This document shows positions 16,971 through 23,255 of a DNA stretch of 23,255 nt, piece after piece. Origin of the DNA: a candidate division WOR-3 bacterium (GTDB taxonomy: Bacteria; Hydrothermota; Tepidihabitantia; Tepidihabitantales; JAOUPE01); NCBI GenBank assembly GCA_039801565.1, contig JBDRUX010000029.1, positions 1 to 23,255 on the forward strand, given 5' to 3'. Every line of letters begins with the position of its first letter. Positions within the stretch are counted from its first letter, which is position 1. A program made the translations under genes and the position numbers. The notes under the pieces are model-generated. The model was not told the DNA's origin. It ran no database searches and saw nothing but the letters and a program-made list of their open reading frames with translations.

Positions 16971-18577
16971 TATTTGGCTATTGCTTGCTTAATGTAAATA
17001 TTTAGGTGTTCATCAAAGGTATATAAAAGGTCAAAATTGCCTTCCCATCGCTGGCTTGACTCAGAGTTGTTATATAATTTTAAGGCTGGGTTAATTGGAG
17101 TAGTTAAGCCGTTTTCGTGCCACTCAATTGGTGTGTCAGGTGAGATTAGTAAAGGAGCTGGGTTACCTTCCCCGAATGGACCAAGTTCCGTATATTCTTT
17201 CGTTAATTCGGCCAAAGGCAGAATTGCATCGGCTAAGATTGGTTCAGGTTTAAACTTACCGGCAAAATTTTGGCGAGCATAATCTTTTGCGGATTGGATA
17301 AAGGCATCGAGATTTTCTTGGGTAATTGAAAAACCACAGGCCTTCTTATGCCCACCAAAGTCAATAAAATATTGATGATTAGCCTTGAGCAAATCCACCA
17401 AATTCACTTGGTCAACGCCCCGACATTCACCAATCCAATTGTCATTTCCTTTACCAATCACAATCGCTGGAACTTGATATTGTTCGCGTAATTTACTAGC
17501 ACAATGTCCCATTGCCCTTAATGGCAACTTATCACTTTTCACAATGACCAACTCCGCAGTGAGGTCAAGATTCTCTTTTGCCACGGCTAAGGCATATTTT
17601 GCTTCTTCCCGCCAAATGTCACGTTCGTGAGCGAGGGTCTTTAGCCACTTTTCAATTGCCGCGCGGTCTTGGCTTTTAAAAAAATGACATGCCTCTTGAC
17701 CATTAGCGGAAGCAAAAAGCGGCAAGATGTTAGCCAAAAATTTGTCAACCGTTAAATCATCTGTTGCTAATTGTTCCTCGGCCAATAATATTTTAATTGC
17801 TAATCGTTTTGAGTTTTTTAATTCGGCCAAACCATATTTAACTAAAATTCGATTTTCCTCGCGCAACGGCACCCGGTCAGCAATTGTGCCAATAGCAGTT
17901 AAACCAAGAAAATCAGATTTTATTGCCAAGAATTCATCCGGTTTAAGACGAAGTAACTTTTCGGTTAAAGCCATTAAAAATTTTAATACAACACCTACCG
18001 CTGCCAAATAGCGAAATGGATATTTCGAATCCGGTCGTTTCGGGTCAATATTAGCAAGCGCTTTCGGTAAACGGTCCAATACTTCATGATGCTCTAAGAT
18101 AATCGTATCAATTCCGAAATTTGCCAAATCTTCAACCTCTTTAAAATTAGTGATCCCGCAATCAACGGTAATGACTAACTTAATTTTCGGGTCGTTGAAA
18201 TTTTTTATTTTTTCTGAGCTTAAACCATGCTTTTCGATATGTTTGGGTGGAATATAATAAATGACATCGGCCTGTAAATCGCGCAGGACTTCATCGAGCA
18301 TAACTACAGAAGTTATTCCATCTAAATCTTCATGCCCCCAGATGAGTATGCGTTCTTTATTCTTGATTGCAGTAACAATTCGATCAAGGGCTGGTTCAAC
18401 ATCGGGCAGATCGAACGCTGGATATAAATCCGACAATTTGGGTTTTAAAAACCTTTGGACTGCTGACGGAGTTCTAATATCACGAAGATAAAGGATTCGA
18501 GCCCAAGGTTCATTAAGTCCGGTGGCTTGAGTGAACTCGGTTAATGCTTTATTATCAATCGCTTTAATTTGCCACAT
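16970..18577 (-). CDS. recJ: RecJ-like DHH/DHHA1 phosphoesterase with divergent motifs
   Basis: GHEDLDGITS, ITVDCGI, LEHHE, LAAVGVVLK, GTIADRVPL.EENR, FGGHKKACG, LGPFGEGNP.P. Confidence 0.78.
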   Translation of the reverse strand: MWQIKAIDNKALTEFTQATGLNEPWARILYLRDIRTPSAVQRFLKPKLSDLYPAFDLPDVEPALDRIVTAIKNKERILIWGHEDLDGITSVVMLDEVLRDLQADVIYYIPPKHIEKHGLSSEKIKNFNDPKIKLVITVDCGITNFKEVEDLANFGIDTIILEHHEVLDRLPKALANIDPKRPDSKYPFRYLAAVGVVLKFLMALTEKLLRLKPDEFLAIKSDFLGLTAIGTIADRVPLREENRILVKYGLAELKNSKRLAIKILLAEEQLATDDLTVDKFLANILPLFASANGQEACHFFKSQDRAAIEKWLKTLAHERDIWREEAKYALAVAKENLDLTAELVIVKSDKLPLRAMGHCASKLREQYQVPAIVIGKGNDNWIGECRGVDQVNLVDLLKANHQYFIDFGGHKKACGFSITQENLDAFIQSAKDYARQNFAGKFKPEPILADAILPLAELTKEYTELGPFGEGNPAPLLISPDTPIEWHENGLTTPINPALKLYNNSESSQRWEGNFDLLYTFDEHLNIYIKQAIAK

Positions 18578-18636
18578 TCTACCCCACTCCTAATCTAATG
18601 AAAGACCGGCATTGGGTTTTGCTAATGAAGGTTGAA

Positions 18637-19920
18637 TCATCGTTCAATGGCAATTTTGCTATGGAATATTTCATTTGTGTTAAATTTGATGCAAACCAAA
18701 TAAACCCCATTGGGTAGATTTTTACCGTTTTGGTCAGTTCCATTCCACACCAAGTTGAATTGGGAAGCAATGACTATCGGATGCACCATAGTTGAGGTAT
18801 CATAAACCTTTTCACCAGTAATATCATAAATTTCCAGGATTGGCCAGGGCTTGGGTTCGGATAAAGAAATAATAATATTTGAAGTTGTCTTTAATGGATT
18901 GGGCGTAATGATCGGTTTATTCATTATTGGTATCCGTTCAACCCAAATCGGTGCTGACCAGAATTGGTCACCATCGAGTTGAATCCCTTTAATAAAATAA
19001 TAAGCATTGGTTGTGGAATCATTTTTAAACCAAACAATCGAATCACGATTTGGCAGATTGACTGAATCATAAATTGAACCGTTTTTATAGAGGTAAATCT
19101 GGGAAAAGCCGGTTTCGGCAACAACTTCGAGTCGAATCAAGATAGTCGGATTAGAAGTTTCGTAAATTCCACCCATAATGATATTGTCAATAGAAAAATC
19201 CTTGAGTCGAATTCGGTCGGTTTTGGGTTTAACTTCTAAGGCATAGGTTCTTCGGTTCAACATCGCTTCAATAATCGCTTGTTTGGTTAAAGTATCCGCC
19301 AAAATTCCGGTTAAAGGTATCTGACCAGCGGCGGTTGTTGCATCACCCCATTTTTTACGATGATTGTCCTGGTTGGCAACGGGCGAAAGATGCCAACCGT
19401 TAGCTAAGGCTAAAAGATACATCTGTTCGTTTAAGATTGTATAATTGCCACCACCATTGACAACTTCAATCATTGAACAATATCTGTCACCAGTATAATC
19501 ATAATTAAGATAGTTAAAATCGCCTTCCCGCGGGTGATTGAATTGAGCAAGCAGTTGATTTTGCGCCAACCATTGATAAGTTGCCAATAAATTAGAGGTC
19601 GGTATTGAACAGAGCTGATTGGCTTCGAAAATCGTAACATGGCCAAAATGATTTAAACTTCCAAACTCTTGGCCAGCTATAGCAATAAATCTGCCGTCTT
19701 CGGTATACCGCTCAGCAATTTCTTTTATGAACTGATAAGCATTTTCGGTAAGATAGTGGGTATGGTCAGTTAAAGCAAGAATATCAATTTTTGCTGAATC
19801 GCGAGCATAAAGAAAAGCCTCTTCGGGTGTTCCTTGACCATCAGAAAATGCCGAATGGGAATGGAGATTAGCAAAATAGATATTATAAGAAAATAAATAG
19901 CAAATAATATAAAATACCAT
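18637..19920 (-). CDS. PHP-fold (CehA/McbA-like) metallohydrolase with FlgD-Ig/T9SS-type C-terminal domain
   Basis: NLHSHSAFSDG, ALTDH, GQEF, FNHP, EVVNG, NQDNH; C-terminal PNP...IYDITGE.V...WNGTDQNGKNLPNGVY. Confidence 0.85.
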   Translation of the reverse strand: MVFYIICYLFSYNIYFANLHSHSAFSDGQGTPEEAFLYARDSAKIDILALTDHTHYLTENAYQFIKEIAERYTEDGRFIAIAGQEFGSLNHFGHVTIFEANQLCSIPTSNLLATYQWLAQNQLLAQFNHPREGDFNYLNYDYTGDRYCSMIEVVNGGGNYTILNEQMYLLALANGWHLSPVANQDNHRKKWGDATTAAGQIPLTGILADTLTKQAIIEAMLNRRTYALEVKPKTDRIRLKDFSIDNIIMGGIYETSNPTILIRLEVVAETGFSQIYLYKNGSIYDSVNLPNRDSIVWFKNDSTTNAYYFIKGIQLDGDQFWSAPIWVERIPIMNKPIITPNPLKTTSNIIISLSEPKPWPILEIYDITGEKVYDTSTMVHPIVIASQFNLVWNGTDQNGKNLPNGVYLVCIKFNTNEIFHSKIAIER

Positions 19921-21498
19921 TTACGGATTCACCGAAACTATTCTTCCTTCGACTTTAGCATCAACTGGCGAATGTTTTTTGATATACTCAACAATTATAT
20001 CCCGTAACGGCAGATAGCTATCTTCAATATCCTCACCCTTTTGGAACACTCCATATTCACCAAATCCAGCCGCCAAGTAGGAATTGGTTACAATTTTATA
20101 AGTTCTTGTAGTATCCAAGGGTTTGTCACCAATCATTACCGATAAAACTCGGCTGCCAATTGGTTTAGTTTTATCATAAGTCATTTTCAAGCCTGAAACT
20201 TGGAATATTGCATGATGTCCGTTAACCGAAACCTCAAGCATTTCGAGAACCTGTTTGCCAGTTAGATTCATTGTCACGGCGGTGTTACCAAAGATATCCA
20301 CTTTGTAGATATCGCGATAAGTTATTTCGCCAGCCGGAATATTTGCTCTTATGCCACCAGAGTTATGAACCGCGATATCGGCATTAAAATGTTCCCGCAG
20401 CGCATCAGTAATTAGATTACCGACTGGGCATTCCACCATTCCAGCTCGAGTTAATTCTTTCTTACTATAACCGATTATTTGGTCAAAATCTTTCTCGGCA
20501 ATCGCTTGCCAATGTTTGACTCGGTTGGCGAATTCTTTATTCATCAAAACCGCTTCGGCTTGCAAATCGAACAACTCACCATCATAGCCAGCAATTTTTT
20601 TCGTCCGCATATCAATTGTTAAATCTAATAATCCAACTGTAGTAAGTTTGGAATAAGCCTGTTGAATTATCGTATGATAACGGGGTGTTTCAAAAGGCGG
20701 CTCAACGCCAGTGTGGCTATGACCACCAATAATAACATCAATACCAAAAACCGAGTCGGCTAACCTTTGGTCGTGACTATAGCCAATATGGGTTAAACCA
20801 ATAATTATATCAACGCCTTTCTCTCTCATCTCGGAGATTACTTGACGAACTGCATCGTAATGTTTGAGGATAGTAAAACCTTTAAGAATGTCAGCCGAAA
20901 CCATACCAGTGAGATAATGTGAGATTAAGCCAAAGACACCGATGCGCAATCCACCCCGTTCGAAGATTACATAGGGTTTGAAGAAATCTGGGGTCATTTT
21001 GGTTTCTTCGTTAATAAGGTTGGAACAGAGCCAGGGCATATTAGACTTTTCGATAATTTCCTTAAGTGTTGAAATACCGAAATCAAAATCGTGATTACCA
21101 ACCGCAATTGCATCGTATTTCATATAATTGAAATAATCCACAATTGCTTCGCCCTTGGTGAAATCACCAATTGGTGTCCCTTTAAAAATATCACCAGCAT
21201 CTAATAATAGATAAGGAAAACCATTTTTTTTCGCCTGCTCTCTCAGTTCGTTAATTAATGTCACCGCTGAAGCAGCATTACCCAAAGGTGGCGGGAAATC
21301 TTGATTGAGCCAAAATGCTTCGGACGGTAATAATGCACCATGGATATCATTGGTATGAATGATATAAAGGTGTTGATATTGAGCAGATAGGGATCGGATG
21401 AAGAAAAAGATAAAAAGGCTAAGTTTGATCACTAAATTACGATTGTGCGATATCGAGGATTTATTAGGCTTGGGTTTAAATTGTTTAAAATTATTCAT
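19921..21498 (-). CDS. Periplasmic bifunctional 5'-nucleotidase/UDP-sugar hydrolase family protein
   Basis: HTNDIHG, LDAGD, GNHDFDFG, LTHIG, IIGGHSHT, NSGGIR, FGN, QVSGL; hydrophobic signal segment. Confidence 0.92.
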   Translation of the reverse strand: MNNFKQFKPKPNKSSISHNRNLVIKLSLFIFFFIRSLSAQYQHLYIIHTNDIHGALLPSEAFWLNQDFPPPLGNAASAVTLINELREQAKKNGFPYLLLDAGDIFKGTPIGDFTKGEAIVDYFNYMKYDAIAVGNHDFDFGISTLKEIIEKSNMPWLCSNLINEETKMTPDFFKPYVIFERGGLRIGVFGLISHYLTGMVSADILKGFTILKHYDAVRQVISEMREKGVDIIIGLTHIGYSHDQRLADSVFGIDVIIGGHSHTGVEPPFETPRYHTIIQQAYSKLTTVGLLDLTIDMRTKKIAGYDGELFDLQAEAVLMNKEFANRVKHWQAIAEKDFDQIIGYSKKELTRAGMVECPVGNLITDALREHFNADIAVHNSGGIRANIPAGEITYRDIYKVDIFGNTAVTMNLTGKQVLEMLEVSVNGHHAIFQVSGLKMTYDKTKPIGSRVLSVMIGDKPLDTTRTYKIVTNSYLAAGFGEYGVFQKGEDIEDSYLPLRDIIVEYIKKHSPVDAKVEGRIVSVNP

Positions 21499-21499
21499 T

Positions 21500-22657
21500 C
21501 TATAAACCGGTTGAGACTGATATAGCTATGTCACCAAAGGTCTGGTAAACTTTTTCCTCATCAATTGACCAATAGAAATTTTCCTTATTTAGCGTCCGGC
21601 GCTGGATATTACCACCGATATCAAATCTTAAAGGTTCGACACCAAAACCAATGCCCATAGAGATTAAGACAGTTGGGGGCATCAATTTGATTATTGATGG
21701 AATAACGCCAAAGCCATAGCGTAGCCTCACCTCATTGAGCATCGTATGTTCGATTCCGACTCTAAGATTTAGACAATTTGAACCAGATTCAAAACGATTT
21801 TGTTTTTGCCAAAAAATATAACGGAACTCAGTCAGGGCGATAGTAGGAATTTCGCCCGGGAAATTATAGGAGACACCAAGACCAAATGAGTTGTTCCAAT
21901 AATAAATGGTAATCGGGCTGGATACTGTATCCCATTGCATCTGCCACCGATTTTGGAAATCAAAACCGATCTTTAATCTTTCATTAAAATTGGTTACTGT
22001 AGCAAAATTGAAATTAAGCGTCTTTATTTTGAATGAATCCATCTTTTGGGTAGATTTATGGTTGCCCCAAGAATAGTAAAGTCCAGCACCAACATTTAAA
22101 AGTTCACTGAGATTGACACCAGTACCGAAGTTGATACTTTGCATTTGTCCAATGGTTTTGAATTCGTAATCACCAATTTTTTGATAGTAATCGTCCCGCA
22201 ATTCTTTGTAAAAATAGTAATAATAGTCAGTAATCGAAGTGTAACCAATACCAATGACGACTCTTGAACCGCCGAAAGTAGGAAACGGATAAGCAATAGC
22301 AAAAGGTGATGGTTTAACAGTGGTGAACATATTATCGGCAACCGAAATCTCACCGATTGTATTTTCGAACTGGTCGAATAGTTGCTTGGTCCTTTTTTCC
22401 GAAGTCCAGGTTAGATTGGCTGATAACTCAAATGAAGGTTTTTTAATTAATCCTAAAAGCGCGGGATTGATGAACATTCCCGAAGGTGAAGAGATTAAAG
22501 TCGAAATACCAGCGAGTCCTAAAGAGCGAGCATTGACAAAATCTCTTGTCCTGCCGTAATACCAGTCAGTTGGAACATTACTCGACGCATTAACAAAGAT
22601 TAGTAATTGCAAAGTAAAGACGACAAAAAATGGGAAGCGATATTCGTTTTTTACCAT
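21500..22657 (-). CDS. Outer-membrane beta-barrel, PorV/FadL-like
   Basis: Signal peptide, ARSLGLAG...INPALL hatch motif, alternating amphipathic strands. Confidence 0.7.
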   Translation of the reverse strand: MVKNEYRFPFFVVFTLQLLIFVNASSNVPTDWYYGRTRDFVNARSLGLAGISTLISSPSGMFINPALLGLIKKPSFELSANLTWTSEKRTKQLFDQFENTIGEISVADNMFTTVKPSPFAIAYPFPTFGGSRVVIGIGYTSITDYYYYFYKELRDDYYQKIGDYEFKTIGQMQSINFGTGVNLSELLNVGAGLYYSWGNHKSTQKMDSFKIKTLNFNFATVTNFNERLKIGFDFQNRWQMQWDTVSSPITIYYWNNSFGLGVSYNFPGEIPTIALTEFRYIFWQKQNRFESGSNCLNLRVGIEHTMLNEVRLRYGFGVIPSIIKLMPPTVLISMGIGFGVEPLRFDIGGNIQRRTLNKENFYWSIDEEKVYQTFGDIAISVSTGL

Positions 22658-23255
22658 AGAAAATCTATTTGCACGCTAAGGTTATACTGATTGGTTTGGG
22701 CAATAAAATCCGAAGCTAATATTTCACCATTACGAAAATGGACTTCGTTGCCTTGTGCCAAAAGTCCGGTATGGGGATACTCGGTCAATTTTTGACGAAA
22801 CTTTAGTCTTAATAAGATATAATTAGAAATTCGGTCGGATAAAGTTAGATACCATTTCATACCTCTACCATCTAAAAAGTCAATACCAACATCTTCAAAA
22901 ATCCATTGGCTCATTCCATTGGTCTTCCAAACCGCAATACCGATTTCCGAACCAAAATCGTCCGAGAAATTATGTTCCCAGGCAACCGAAAGAAAGTCAC
23001 CCGAAATTGAGGTGTTACTATTATATTTCATTGTCGGAGTTAATCTAACCAGTCCTTTTCTGATTTCGGTCGTTAGAAAATCATAGTTGGCAAGACTCAC
23101 CATAAATCTTAGGCTCGATTCATAAGTCTTAGAAGTAGTTGGTAGAATATCCTTTGGACTATATTTATGTTGAATCTTTTGACGGAATCGAATACGCAAA
23201 GGAAAGACGGGGCGATATTCGACTTCACCTTGGAACCGGTAATTGTTAAGTCCCC
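22651..23255 (-). CDS. C-terminal part of a probable large outer-membrane beta-barrel protein (truncated by window edge)
   Basis: Frame is open to the window end (GLNNYRFQGEVEYRPVFPLRIRF...); amphipathic strands; terminal aromatic ...SVQIDFLW. Confidence 0.65.
   Translation of the reverse strand, partial: GLNNYRFQGEVEYRPVFPLRIRFRQKIQHKYSPKDILPTTSKTYESSLRFMVSLANYDFLTTEIRKGLVRLTPTMKYNSNTSISGDFLSVAWEHNFSDDFGSEIGIAVWKTNGMSQWIFEDVGIDFLDGRGMKWYLTLSDRISNYILLRLKFRQKLTEYPHTGLLAQGNEVHFRNGEILASDFIAQTNQYNLSVQIDFLW

Overview
AT-rich bacterial window, most consistent with an FCB-group anaerobe such as candidate phylum WOR-3 (inferred from T9SS/FlgD-type C-terminal sorting domains on SBBP/Kelch proteins plus a four-subunit 2-oxoacid:ferredoxin oxidoreductase). 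Gene content, left to right: a large secreted SBBP/Ig/Kelch protein; a membrane-anchored hypothetical; a korD-[GxxExxY]-korA-korB-korC-DUF4438 operon; an accessory island with a HhH-GPD glycosylase-like gene and an IS4-family transposase remnant; a putative lipoprotein; and a long minus-strand cluster (two outer-membrane barrels, 5'-nucleotidase, PHP hydrolase, divergent RecJ, RlmI-like methyltransferase, metK, ahcY). Structure not explained by the genes: (1) four dispersed intergenic arrays of a degenerate 12-bp unit, each with a palindromic core; (2) a GxxExxY nuclease-fold gene inside the kor operon bracketed by 34-nt imperfect inverted repeats, with a 13-aa micro-ORF running through the right arm; (3) five sigma70-type promoters, all with a 16-bp spacer, two of them implying leaderless mRNAs; (4) a switch-like 5' leader on the large secreted protein gene. 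All family calls are from motif recognition by eye; no searches were run.
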